34,380 nt of DNA from Candidatus Omnitrophota bacterium (GTDB taxonomy: Bacteria; Omnitrophota; Gorgyraeia; JAGLLT01), in NCBI GenBank assembly GCA_023140385.1, contig JAGLLT010000039.1:1-34380 (forward strand). Direction: 5' to 3'. Shown here one piece after another: positions 24,634 through 33,587 of the stretch; within the stretch, counting starts at the first letter, position 1; every line of letters begins with the position of its first letter. The notes below the pieces were generated by a model that worked only from the letters and a program-made list of their open reading frames with translations, was not told the DNA's origin and did no database searches. The position numbers and the translations under genes are program-made.

Positions 24634-26072
24634 AGCTATACGAACTTAGCGCGGCCAGGCTCATCAGCCTTTTGGAAGCGGGCGAAATAAAAGCTTCTGA
24701 AATTCAGGAGTCTGTTCAAAAAAGAATCGATGAAGTTGAGGATAGGGTGCATGCTTACGCGACTCTGGATAGGAATACAGAAACCGGTTCGTCAAAATCT
24801 GCCGGGGGCGAAAGTGTTTTAGACTTAAAAGGTATTCCTGTAGCCGTAAAGGATAATATCTGTACAAAAGGAGTGCCAACTACCTGTTCTTCCAGAATTC
24901 TTGAAGGATTTATTCCGCCTTATGACGCTGCTGTTATTAACAGGCTGAAAAAAGCTAACGCCTTTTTATTGGGAAAGACCAATATGGATGAGTTTGCTTT
25001 TGGTTCATCCTGCGAAACATCCTGCTACGGGCCTACGCATAACCCCTGGGATCTGTCCAGAATTCCCGGCGGCTCAAGCGGGGGTTCGGCGGCGGCTGTG
25101 GCTAGTGGTGAGGCTATTCTGGCTTTAGGCTCTGACACCGGAGGCTCTATCAGACAGCCGGCGGCTATGTGCGGCGTGGTAGGATTAAAACCCACTTATG
25201 GCAGGGTGTCCCGCTACGGCTTGATTGCCTTTGCCTCAAGCCTGGATCAGATAGGCACCATAACTAAGACGGTTGAAGATTCAGCTCTGTTAATGAATGT
25301 TATCGCGGGCGGGGATGAGAACGATTCTACCTGCTCTAATGAAGATGTCCCTGACTTTACCAAATCTTTAGAAGGCGGGATTAAGGACTTAATAATCGGA
25401 GTGCCGGATGAGTATTTTGTGGAAGGGCTTGATAAAGAGGTCGAGGAGGCGGTAAATGAGGCTATAAAGCTACTCTCGGGCCTGGGAGCCAAAGTGGAAA
25501 GAATTTCCCTGCCGCACACCAAGTATGCGGTTAGTACTTACTATCTTATAGCTCCGGCAGAGGCTAGTTCCAATCTGGCTCGCTTTGACGGAGTTCAGTA
25601 CGGCCTGAGGCGGGATGCCGAAGGCATTACGGATATGTATAAAGTAACGAGATCGTCAGGCTTTGGAGAAGAGGCCATACGCCGGATAATTCTCGGGACA
25701 TACTCCCTGAGCAGCGGATATTATGAAGACTATTATCTAAAGGCTCAGAAGGTAAGGGCCGTAATAGCCGGAGAATTTAAAGAAGCCTTTAAAAAGGTGG
25801 ATTGTCTTATTACTCCGACCTCGCCGACGACGGCCTTTAAAATAGGTGAGAGGATAGAAGATCCTTTAAAAATGTATCTTTCCGATGTATTTACGATTCC
25901 GGCTAATCTGGCTGGCCTGCCGGCTATGTCGGTTCCTTGTGGTTTTTGCGGGAATAACCTACCTGTCGGAATGCAGATTTTAGCAAAACCTTTTGGCGAG
26001 AAAACAATATTTAAGACCGCTTACGCCTATCAGGAAAACAGTCAGTGGCATAAAAGGAAGCCGTCTCTATGA
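24630..26072 (+). CDS. gatA: Asp/Glu-tRNA amidotransferase subunit A
   Basis: GIPVAVKDNI, GKTNMDEFAFGSS, PGGSSGGSAAAVA and GSDTGGSIRQPA amidase signature. Confidence 0.97.
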   Translation: MKLYELSAARLISLLEAGEIKASEIQESVQKRIDEVEDRVHAYATLDRNTETGSSKSAGGESVLDLKGIPVAVKDNICTKGVPTTCSSRILEGFIPPYDAAVINRLKKANAFLLGKTNMDEFAFGSSCETSCYGPTHNPWDLSRIPGGSSGGSAAAVASGEAILALGSDTGGSIRQPAAMCGVVGLKPTYGRVSRYGLIAFASSLDQIGTITKTVEDSALLMNVIAGGDENDSTCSNEDVPDFTKSLEGGIKDLIIGVPDEYFVEGLDKEVEEAVNEAIKLLSGLGAKVERISLPHTKYAVSTYYLIAPAEASSNLARFDGVQYGLRRDAEGITDMYKVTRSSGFGEEAIRRIILGTYSLSSGYYEDYYLKAQKVRAVIAGEFKEAFKKVDCLITPTSPTTAFKIGERIEDPLKMYLSDVFTIPANLAGLPAMSVPCGFCGNNLPVGMQILAKPFGEKTIFKTAYAYQENSQWHKRKPSL

Positions 26073-27496
26073 AGTATAAAACGGTTATTGGCTTAGAAGT
26101 TCACGTGCAGTTATTATCCAAAACCAAAATATTTTGTTCGTGCAGTACTGCTTTTGGCAAAGAGCCCAACAGTCAGACCTGTCCATCCTGCCTGGGTTTG
26201 CCCGGGTCACTGCCGGTTTTTAATATGGAGGTGCTGGCTTTAAGTTTAAAGGCCGCCCTCGTTCTCCATTGCCGGATACAGAAAGTTATGAGGTTTGACA
26301 GAAAAAATTACTTTTATCCCGATCTGCCGAAGGCCTACCAGATTTCTCAATACGATATGCCTCTGGCTCAAAATGGTTATCTTGAGATAACGGATGATGA
26401 CCGCTTAAAGCGTATCGGTATAACCAGGGTGCACCTGGAAGAAGATGCCGGTAAGCTTATTCATACCGGAGCTGAAAGCCTTGTAGATTTTAACCGCTGC
26501 GGCACTCCTCTGATAGAGATAGTATCAGAACCTGACATAAACAGCCCCGATGAAGCTTATCAGTATCTTACGAAGCTTAAAAGTATTTTAACTTATCTCG
26601 AGGTTTCCGACTGTAATATGCAGGAGGGAAGCCTGCGTTGCGATGCCAACATATCTCTTTGCCCGGTTGACTCAGCTGAGTTGGGAGCTAAGGCCGAAGT
26701 AAAGAATTTAAACTCTTTTAAGGCTGTCAGAGACGCGCTTAAATATGAAGCCGGCCGCCAGAAGAGGCTTTTGGAGGAAGGTGGAAGGGTTACGCAGGAG
26801 ACCCGCTTGTGGGAAGAGAATAAAAAGGTAACTCTTTCGATGAGGTCAAAAGAAGAGGCTCACGACTATAGATATTTTCCGGAGCCCGACCTGCCGATTT
26901 TCGAGATTAATGAAGAAGATATAGAAACCGCGAAGCGTTCCTTGCCGGAGTTGGCTGATGAAAGAAAGAGTAGATTTGTAGAGCAATACAGCCTTTCTGA
27001 TTACGACGCCGGTATTCTTACTTCGGCTAAACCTTTGGCTGATTATTACGAGAAGTGTCTTGTAATTTTGGCGGAGCCGAAAGAAGTCGCCAACTGGTTA
27101 GCGGGGGCGGTTATGGCGGAGCTGAACGCGAGAAACGAAAACTTTTCTTCAATTAAGCTCAAGCCGGAAGAGCTGGTTGAGATGATTAAACTGGTAAGAG
27201 ACGGTAAAATTAATTCCAAAGCGGCCAAAGAAGTCGTCCTGCCCGAAATCATAGAAGGCGGGAAAAAGACATCAGATATTTTAAAAGAGAAAAATATCAG
27301 TCAGGTTTCGGATGAAGGAGAGATAGGTAAAATTGCTGATGAGGTAATCAGGCGAAACGAAAAATCAGTAAATGACTTCAAGGAAGGCAAAAAAAATGCT
27401 ATAATGTACTTGGTAGGCCAGGTAATGAAGGGCAGTAAAGGCCGCGCCAATCCTAAGACAGTAAAGGAGATTTTAGAGAAGAGGCTAAGTGAATAG
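26069..27496 (+). CDS. gatB: Asp/Glu-tRNA amidotransferase subunit B
   Basis: IGLEVHVQL, RKNYFYPDLPK, HLEEDAGK, GSLRCDANIS, YRYFPEPDLP. Confidence 0.97.
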   Translation: MKYKTVIGLEVHVQLLSKTKIFCSCSTAFGKEPNSQTCPSCLGLPGSLPVFNMEVLALSLKAALVLHCRIQKVMRFDRKNYFYPDLPKAYQISQYDMPLAQNGYLEITDDDRLKRIGITRVHLEEDAGKLIHTGAESLVDFNRCGTPLIEIVSEPDINSPDEAYQYLTKLKSILTYLEVSDCNMQEGSLRCDANISLCPVDSAELGAKAEVKNLNSFKAVRDALKYEAGRQKRLLEEGGRVTQETRLWEENKKVTLSMRSKEEAHDYRYFPEPDLPIFEINEEDIETAKRSLPELADERKSRFVEQYSLSDYDAGILTSAKPLADYYEKCLVILAEPKEVANWLAGAVMAELNARNENFSSIKLKPEELVEMIKLVRDGKINSKAAKEVVLPEIIEGGKKTSDILKEKNISQVSDEGEIGKIADEVIRRNEKSVNDFKEGKKNAIMYLVGQVMKGSKGRANPKTVKEILEKRLSE

Positions 27497-27534
27497 TTTT
27501 GTAAATTGTGGTTTCATTGAAAGGATTTAATTAG

Positions 27535-28812
27535 ATGAAGAAGCGTAGGATTTTATTATGGATAATTATGGCGGGCCTTATTACCGGCCTGGGCTTGGGC
27601 AGCGGCGTTTGTCTTCAGAAGAGTGAAAAGGAGAGGGAGCTTTATAGCTCTTTGGAACTTTTTTCTCACGCCCTGTCAATGATACAGTCTAAGTATGTCG
27701 AGGAGATTGATTCAAAGGATTTAATTTACGGGGCTCTAAAAGGAATGCTTTATTCACTTGATCCCTATAGCCAGTTTTTAGACCCGGATTCGTACAAGGA
27801 TATGCAGGTTCACACGGAAGGAAAGTTCGGCGGGCTGGGAATTGAGATAGCTATTAAAGATAATCTTCTGACTATTATCACGCCTATACACGGCACGCCG
27901 GCGGATAAAGCCGGAGTCAAGGCGGGTGACAGGATAATAAAAATTGATGGTGAAAGCAGTGAGGGAATAACTCTGCTGGATTCGGTTAAGAAGTTAAGAG
28001 GTGAACCGGGGACAGAGGTGAAGCTGACCATATTCAGAGAAAAGGCGGGTAAGGTTTTAGAGATTAGCATTATTCGTGACATTATAAAAATAGAGAGCCT
28101 GAAGGGGCAGAGGATTCTTGAAAACAATATCGGTTATATAAGACTCGTTGAGTTTCAGGAAGAGAGCTCCGAGGAGTTTGAAAAAGCCATTATTGAATTG
28201 AAAAAAGAAGGTATGGATGCCTTAATTCTGGATTTGAGGAACAACCCCGGGGGGCTTTTGGACAGCGCGGTTAACATAGCCGATATGTTTGTGCCCAAAA
28301 ATAAACTTTTAGTTACCACCAAAGGCAGAGAAGGCGAGCAGACCTACACCTTTAAATCAAGGAGAGAGCCCCTTTTAGAGGAAGAGGTGCCTATAGTGGT
28401 TATGGTCAATCAGGGTTCGGCCAGCGGAGCCGAGATTTTAGCGGCTGTTTTACAGGATTATAAAAGAGCGGTTCTTATCGGACAAAAAACCTTTGGTAAG
28501 GGTTCTGTGCAGACGATTATACCTTTAGTTGACGGGTCTGCTTTAAGAATTACTACGAGCAAATATTTCTTGCCCAGCGGCCGCTCCATACATGAGAAGG
28601 GGATTATGCCCGATGTGGTGGTTGAAGATAAGCTTATGGAAATGAACGCGGAAGAAAAGTCAAAGGTTTTTTTTGATGAAGTAGAAAGAAAAGAAAACGG
28701 AGAAATCGCGGCTGAAGAGGCGGAAGCGTATGATTACCAGCTGAAGAGAGCGATTGATCTGATTAAAGGTTTAAGGGTTTATTCTGAAAGACGTTTTAAT
28801 GATAAAGAATAA
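27535..28812 (+). CDS. S41-family carboxy-terminal processing protease (CtpA/Prc-like, PDZ domain)
   Basis: LDPYS, FGGLGIEI (PDZ), LDLRNNPGG, GSASGAE (Ser), TFGKGSVQ (Lys). Confidence 0.94.
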   Translation: MKKRRILLWIIMAGLITGLGLGSGVCLQKSEKERELYSSLELFSHALSMIQSKYVEEIDSKDLIYGALKGMLYSLDPYSQFLDPDSYKDMQVHTEGKFGGLGIEIAIKDNLLTIITPIHGTPADKAGVKAGDRIIKIDGESSEGITLLDSVKKLRGEPGTEVKLTIFREKAGKVLEISIIRDIIKIESLKGQRILENNIGYIRLVEFQEESSEEFEKAIIELKKEGMDALILDLRNNPGGLLDSAVNIADMFVPKNKLLVTTKGREGEQTYTFKSRREPLLEEEVPIVVMVNQGSASGAEILAAVLQDYKRAVLIGQKTFGKGSVQTIIPLVDGSALRITTSKYFLPSGRSIHEKGIMPDVVVEDKLMEMNAEEKSKVFFDEVERKENGEIAAEEAEAYDYQLKRAIDLIKGLRVYSERRFNDKE

Positions 28813-28821
28813 GCTAAAAAG

Positions 28822-29826
28822 ATGTTGATTTTAGGTATTGAGACTTCCTGTGATGAGACCGCGGCTTCTGTAGTAAAAGACGGCAGGGAAATTCTTTCTA
28901 ATATTATTTTATCGAGTATTGATTTACATAAAAAATTTGGGGGAATAATTCCCGAAATAGCGCATAGATTTCATCTGAAGTTTATTCGGCAAGTTGTCGA
29001 AAAAGCCCTGGATGAAGCTAATGTTTCCCTGAAAAGAATAGATGCTATAGCTGTCACCTATGGACCGGGCCTTATGGGGGCGCTGTTGGTAGGAGTTTCA
29101 TACGCTAAATCTGCATCTTTCGCTTTAGATAAACCCTTGATTGGAGTAAATCACCTGCAGGCGCATATTTACGCGCCTTTAATGACGCAGGATGTTAATT
29201 TTCCTTTTATAGGGTTAGTAGTTTCCGGGGGGCATACTCTGCTGGTGTTGGTAAAAGACTTTGATAGCTACCGGCTTATAGGAGAGACTCGGGATGACGC
29301 GGCCGGAGAGGCATTTGACAAAGTGGCTAAGATGCTGAATCTCGGGTATCCTGGGGGGCCGGTTATAGACAGGCTGGCAAAGGGCCGGGGAGGCAGAGGA
29401 GTTGACTTTCCGCGTTCATATTTAGGCAGAGACTCCTTTGATTTTAGTTTTAGCGGCCTTAAAACCTCGGTTTTGTATTGTATCAAAAGAAAACTGAAAC
29501 AGGGAAAGCTTAGCAGGCAGGACAAGGTTAACATTGCCAGCGGCTTTCAGGAATCGGTAGTTGACGTTTTAGTTGACAAAAGTATAGCTGCCTGCGAAAA
29601 AAACAGAGTTGGCGCTCTTGTAGTTGGCGGAGGAGTAAGCCGCAACTCAAGGCTCAAAGAGCGTCTTTTGGAAAAAGCCGGAAGGTGCGGTGTCAGAGTG
29701 TGTTTTCCCGCCGGTGAGTTGTGCCTTGATAACGCGGCCATGATAAGCGGCCTGGCTTACCGGAAGTACAAAAAGAATTTAATCTCTGATTTGCGGTTAG
29801 TTCCAAAATCAGATTTAAGAATTTAA
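28822..29826 (+). CDS. tsaD: tRNA N6-threonylcarbamoyladenosine transferase subunit
   Basis: LGIETSCDET, GPGL, NHLQAH, VSGGHT, DDAAGEAFDKVA, FSFSGLKT, DNAAMI. Confidence 0.96.
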   Translation: MLILGIETSCDETAASVVKDGREILSNIILSSIDLHKKFGGIIPEIAHRFHLKFIRQVVEKALDEANVSLKRIDAIAVTYGPGLMGALLVGVSYAKSASFALDKPLIGVNHLQAHIYAPLMTQDVNFPFIGLVVSGGHTLLVLVKDFDSYRLIGETRDDAAGEAFDKVAKMLNLGYPGGPVIDRLAKGRGGRGVDFPRSYLGRDSFDFSFSGLKTSVLYCIKRKLKQGKLSRQDKVNIASGFQESVVDVLVDKSIAACEKNRVGALVVGGGVSRNSRLKERLLEKAGRCGVRVCFPAGELCLDNAAMISGLAYRKYKKNLISDLRLVPKSDLRI

Positions 29827-29834
29827 GGAGAAAA

Positions 29835-30530
29835 ATGGGAGATCTAAAGACTGTTGTTTGCCGTTTGATTTTAACTATGGTGCTTAGCGGATTGATAGGA
29901 GTAGAAAGAGAAACGCACGGGCGCGCGGCGGGCCTGCGAACGCATATTTTAGTTGGTGTTGGTTCTACCCTGATACTACTCACTTCAATATATATGGCTG
30001 AGACAATCATTGGAGGGGCCTCAGTTGACCCCGGCAGAGTAGCGGCCGGTGTAATTACGGGTATTGGATTTATAGGCGCCGGTACCATTATAAGATTTCG
30101 CGCCTCGGTTAAAGGATTGACGACAGCGGCGAGTTTGTGGGCGACGGCAGGTGTGGGCCTCGCGGTCGGCTGCGGTTTTTATACGGGTGCTTTCGCGGCC
30201 ACCTTTTTAATATTGTTTTCCCTGGTTTTTCTGGGACGTTTTGAAAAAAGGATAATTAAGAAGATCAGATGCAGGTCTCTTGAAGTAAAAACATCTGCCA
30301 GCGCCGAACAGCTTCATCGCATAAGGGCTATTCTTTCTGATTATAATGTTCGTATAAAAGATCTGGAAATAGATAAATTGGAGGAGCCCGAAATGATAAA
30401 ATTGATTGTTGATGTAGAATTATCCGGTGGGCGTGAGGATGAACAGATAATTAATGATCTCATGAAGATTGAAGGAGTGCGAAAAGCCGGTTGGCTTAAA
30501 AAGGAGAGGGAGGTGAAAGAAAATGTTTAA
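29835..30530 (+). CDS. MgtC/SapB-family membrane protein with a C-terminal ACT-like domain
   Basis: IGVERE, AGLRTHILV, DPGRVAAGVITGIGFIGAG, GLTTAASLW. Confidence 0.92.
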   Translation: MGDLKTVVCRLILTMVLSGLIGVERETHGRAAGLRTHILVGVGSTLILLTSIYMAETIIGGASVDPGRVAAGVITGIGFIGAGTIIRFRASVKGLTTAASLWATAGVGLAVGCGFYTGAFAATFLILFSLVFLGRFEKRIIKKIRCRSLEVKTSASAEQLHRIRAILSDYNVRIKDLEIDKLEEPEMIKLIVDVELSGGREDEQIINDLMKIEGVRKAGWLKKEREVKENV

Positions 30531-31068
30531 GCATCCTAAAAAAGATACAGATGAAGACAGGCACAATGTTCTTGATATGGATGCCAGTATGCAGGGGAGC
30601 TTAGTATTTAAAGACCATGTAGATTTAAAGATTAGCGGCAAGTTTGAAGGAAGCCTGGAGGTTAAAGGCAGTCTGACTGTCGGAGAGATGGCGGTAGTCA
30701 ACGCGGAAATAAAAGGCGAGGAGATTACCATTTCAGGGAAAGTGATGGGTGACATTAGCGCTACTTCCAGATTGAGTCTTACGGGAACAGCCAGAATAAT
30801 AGGTGACATTAGTACACCGGTTTTGGAGGTGCAGGAGGGGGCGGTTTTGCAGGGCAATTGCCAGATGCTTACTCAGGAGCAAAAGGCGGGCAGTATTAAA
30901 AAGCAGGCTCTTAACTGCCAGCAGCTCGCGGAATATCTGGAGGTAGGTTTGAATGAGGTTGATGAATGGATTAAAAATCATAAGATTCCCGCTTTTAAGG
31001 AAAATAACGAATGGAAGTTTGATAAGGCCAAGATAGATGCTTGGGTGGCCACGGAAAAAATTAAATAG
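30523..31068 (+). CDS. Bactofilin (polymer-forming beta-helix) fused to a C-terminal HTH_17/excisionase-like domain
   Basis: aa ~16-115 are bactofilin repeats (LKISGKFEGSL, LTVGEMAVVNAEI, ISGKVMGDI, ARIIGDI, VQEGAVLQGNC). aa ~129-176 read LAEYLEV...WIKNHKIPAFK....WKF...IDAW. Confidence 0.85.
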   Translation: MFKHPKKDTDEDRHNVLDMDASMQGSLVFKDHVDLKISGKFEGSLEVKGSLTVGEMAVVNAEIKGEEITISGKVMGDISATSRLSLTGTARIIGDISTPVLEVQEGAVLQGNCQMLTQEQKAGSIKKQALNCQQLAEYLEVGLNEVDEWIKNHKIPAFKENNEWKFDKAKIDAWVATEKIK

Positions 31069-31116
31069 GGCTGTGAAGTTGAAACGGTTTAATTTTTAAT
31101 GTAAGGAAAAAGGGGA

Positions 31117-31458
31117 ATGCAGGAAAAACTGTTGAGCTTAAAGGCGGCGGCTGATTATCTGGGAATATCCGAAAAGAAACTCAAAGAGCTTTCTGATTAT
31201 GGAGTTATACCGGCATACAGAATTGCCGGTATCTATTTGCGTTTTAGACGAAGCCAGCTTCTGAATCTCAAAGATAAGATATCCGGTATACAAGCTCAAT
31301 ACGCTAAATACCAACAGGCACGGGTCGCCTATGAAGAAAAGACACCTTATGGTTTAGGTGACAGGCTGAAGGATTTTTGGCACTTTTACGATTTCTATAT
31401 TATCAGCCTTCTGCTTATTGTTATCATTTTAGCGATAATATTTCGCTATAACTTATGA
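31117..31458 (+). CDS. HTH_17/excisionase-like domain protein with a C-terminal transmembrane anchor
   Basis: LLSLKAAADYLGISEKKLKEL...IPAYRIAGIYLRFRRSQL; C-terminal DFWHFYDFY followed by IISLLLIVIILAIIF. Confidence 0.82.
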   Translation: MQEKLLSLKAAADYLGISEKKLKELSDYGVIPAYRIAGIYLRFRRSQLLNLKDKISGIQAQYAKYQQARVAYEEKTPYGLGDRLKDFWHFYDFYIISLLLIVIILAIIFRYNL

Positions 31459-31501
31459 CTTAGCGGTAACTACTTAAAAAGTATAAAAAGATAAATTTTT
31501 T

Positions 31502-32722
31502 ATGGGTATTGAAACAATTTATTTAATTATAGCTGTTGTCCTGGGATTTTATATGGCTTGGAACATAGGCGCCAATGATATGGCTAACTCTATGGCCAGC
31601 GCTGTCGGGGCTAAAGCTATTACGCTGAAACAAGCCGTTATAATCAGCGGCGTCCTCTGTTTTATCGGAGCTACATTTATCGGAGGCAGTGTAACAGACA
31701 CCATTAAAAAAGGCATTATTGACCCGGCTTGTGTCGGTGACTTAGAAGTTATGATTAAGGGCCTCTTGGCTACGCTTCTGGCTGCCAGCGCCTGGATTAC
31801 CTTTGCTACCTGGCGCGCCTGGCCGGTTTCAACAACTCACTCAATAGTAGGCGCTCTGGTTGGTTTTGGGGTATTTTCTGCCGGCATTAATTCGATAAAC
31901 TGGAATAAGTTAGCCGGTGTGGCAATCAGCTGGGTTACCTCTCCTTTATTCGCGGGAGTCCTTGCTTATTTCATTTTTAAAATAATTTATAGATGTATAT
32001 TGAGCGTTGATGAAAGTGAAAAGGCGTCGATAAAAATTGGCCCGGTGTTTGTAGGGTTTACCTTCTTTCTGATGATAATTTCTCTTTTGCTAAAAAGCCC
32101 CCTGGGAAAAGTGTTAGAGCTGGCCATATGGCAGAGCTTTTTTATTGCCGTCTTAGGAGGAGTTATCAGCTTGATAGGCGGGTATTATTTTATAAAAAAA
32201 GCTGTGAAGGCGGGCGCGAAGGTAGAGGATATATTTAAAGTACTGCAGATTATGACTTCCTGCTATATCGCTTTTTCCATCGGGGCCAACGATGTAGCTA
32301 ATGCCGTGGGGCCCGTCGCGGGCATTTTTTCTATTTTAAAAAATAATACCTTAGGAACCAAGGTTGAAGTACCGGTAGCCCTTCTGGCTATGGGCGGAGT
32401 GGGCATAGCAATCGGTATGTCTACCTGGGGTTATAGAGTTATTTCTACAGTAGGAAGCAAGATTACGGAGTTGACGAACTCAAGGGGTTTTTCGATAGAT
32501 TTTTCAGCGGCTACAAGTGTTCTTCTGGCTTCCAAGCTGGGTATGCCGGTTTCTACCACCCACGCGGTTATCGGAGCGGTTTGCGGTGTCGGCTTAGCCA
32601 GGGGCCTGGATGCGGTGGATTTCAGGGTTGTTAAGAAAATAATTATCTCCTGGGTAGTTACCATACCGGCCTCAGCCGTAATGTGCGTTTTGTTTTTTAA
32701 ATTCTTTATGTGGCTTTTTTAA
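31502..32722 (+). CDS. PiT-family inorganic phosphate transporter
   Basis: Duplicated signatures GANDMAN / GANDVAN and PVSTTH (twice); many TM helices. Confidence 0.94.
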   Translation: MGIETIYLIIAVVLGFYMAWNIGANDMANSMASAVGAKAITLKQAVIISGVLCFIGATFIGGSVTDTIKKGIIDPACVGDLEVMIKGLLATLLAASAWITFATWRAWPVSTTHSIVGALVGFGVFSAGINSINWNKLAGVAISWVTSPLFAGVLAYFIFKIIYRCILSVDESEKASIKIGPVFVGFTFFLMIISLLLKSPLGKVLELAIWQSFFIAVLGGVISLIGGYYFIKKAVKAGAKVEDIFKVLQIMTSCYIAFSIGANDVANAVGPVAGIFSILKNNTLGTKVEVPVALLAMGGVGIAIGMSTWGYRVISTVGSKITELTNSRGFSIDFSAATSVLLASKLGMPVSTTHAVIGAVCGVGLARGLDAVDFRVVKKIIISWVVTIPASAVMCVLFFKFFMWLF

Positions 32723-32787
32723 ATAAATGATAAAGGTTTATAAAACCCCTTGCTTAAATAAGCTTGGGATTAATATATATTAAATGC

Positions 32788-32895
32788 TTCCGCCTCGAAA
32801 GATGTCTCAAAATTCTCTTCGACAATTTTGCGACTCTCGGCGGAATTAATTCGGGCAGATATTTTACACCAACTTCGTTGTTGTAAAAGATGCCC
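32788..32895 (+). other. Structured double-hairpin element upstream of the DUF47 gene (candidate cis-regulatory RNA or REP-like insert)
   Basis: Hairpin 1: TTCCGCC/GGCGGAA with inner GTC-t-CAAAATT/AATTTTG-c-GAC. Hairpin 2: GGGCA/TGCCC, TTTTACA/TGTAAAA, CAAC-ttc-GTTG. It ends 5 nt before AAGGAGG. Confidence 0.55.
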
Positions 32896-32914
32896 TCATT
32901 AAGGAGGTAATGTT

Positions 32915-33583
32915 ATGTTTAGAAGAATACCTATACTGTCTATTTTGCGCAAATCGCCATTTGAAGATTTAGTTAGGCACGCGGCGAAGGTTAATGAGTG
33001 TATTCACATCTGGAAGCAGGCTGTAAGCGCCTACGTAGAAAAAAAGTATGAAATCTTTGACAAGTTAGCGGGGCAAGTTCAGCAGCTTGAACATGAAGCC
33101 GACCTGATTAAGGGAAATCTGAGCGCTCATCTTCCCAAAGGCATTTATATGCCGGTTCATAAATCTGACTTTATGATGTGTCTTAAAGAGCAGGATTCAA
33201 TATTGGACTATGCGGAAGATACAGTTATCTGGCTGGGCTTTAAAAGGGTTGATATGGACTTTATTAAGGACGGTATGCTGGAACATATTCAGAAGGTTAC
33301 CGAGACGGTTGAGACGCTGGAAAAGGTCGCTTTGGGCATTAAGGACTTTTTTTCAACCCTGAAGAAAAAAAACAGAGAAGAGATGAAGGAGTTGATAAAG
33401 ATAGTGCATAGATTAGAATGGGAGTCCGACCGCATAGAAAAAAAATTAGCCAAAAAAGTTTTTAACGCGGGCAAAGACCCCCTTTCTGTTTACTTTATTA
33501 TCAAGGCCATCGGACTAAGCGCGGATATTGCTAACCACGCTGAAAACGCCGGAGACAGAATCAGAGCGATGATAGCCAAATAA
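32915..33583 (+). CDS. DUF47 / TIGR00153 PhoU-like phosphate transport accessory protein
   Basis: SPF..L..H, LEHEADLIK, EQDSILDYAED, LEWESD, ADIANHAENAGDR; adjacent to pit. Confidence 0.92.
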   Translation: MFRRIPILSILRKSPFEDLVRHAAKVNECIHIWKQAVSAYVEKKYEIFDKLAGQVQQLEHEADLIKGNLSAHLPKGIYMPVHKSDFMMCLKEQDSILDYAEDTVIWLGFKRVDMDFIKDGMLEHIQKVTETVETLEKVALGIKDFFSTLKKKNREEMKELIKIVHRLEWESDRIEKKLAKKVFNAGKDPLSVYFIIKAIGLSADIANHAENAGDRIRAMIAK

Positions 33584-33587
33584 TAAT

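Noticed and set aside
30907..31458. Prophage or ICE excisionases
   Set aside because: No integrase, att-like repeat or phage gene nearby; both HTH domains are fused to non-phage modules.
32788..32895. tRNA or RNase P RNA fragment
   Set aside because: No cloverleaf, T-loop or RNase P conserved-region motifs; only two simple hairpins.
1979..33474. All other minus-strand and nested plus-strand ORFs in the track
   Set aside because: Nearly all lie within or across well-supported + strand genes, and none shows a recognisable motif.
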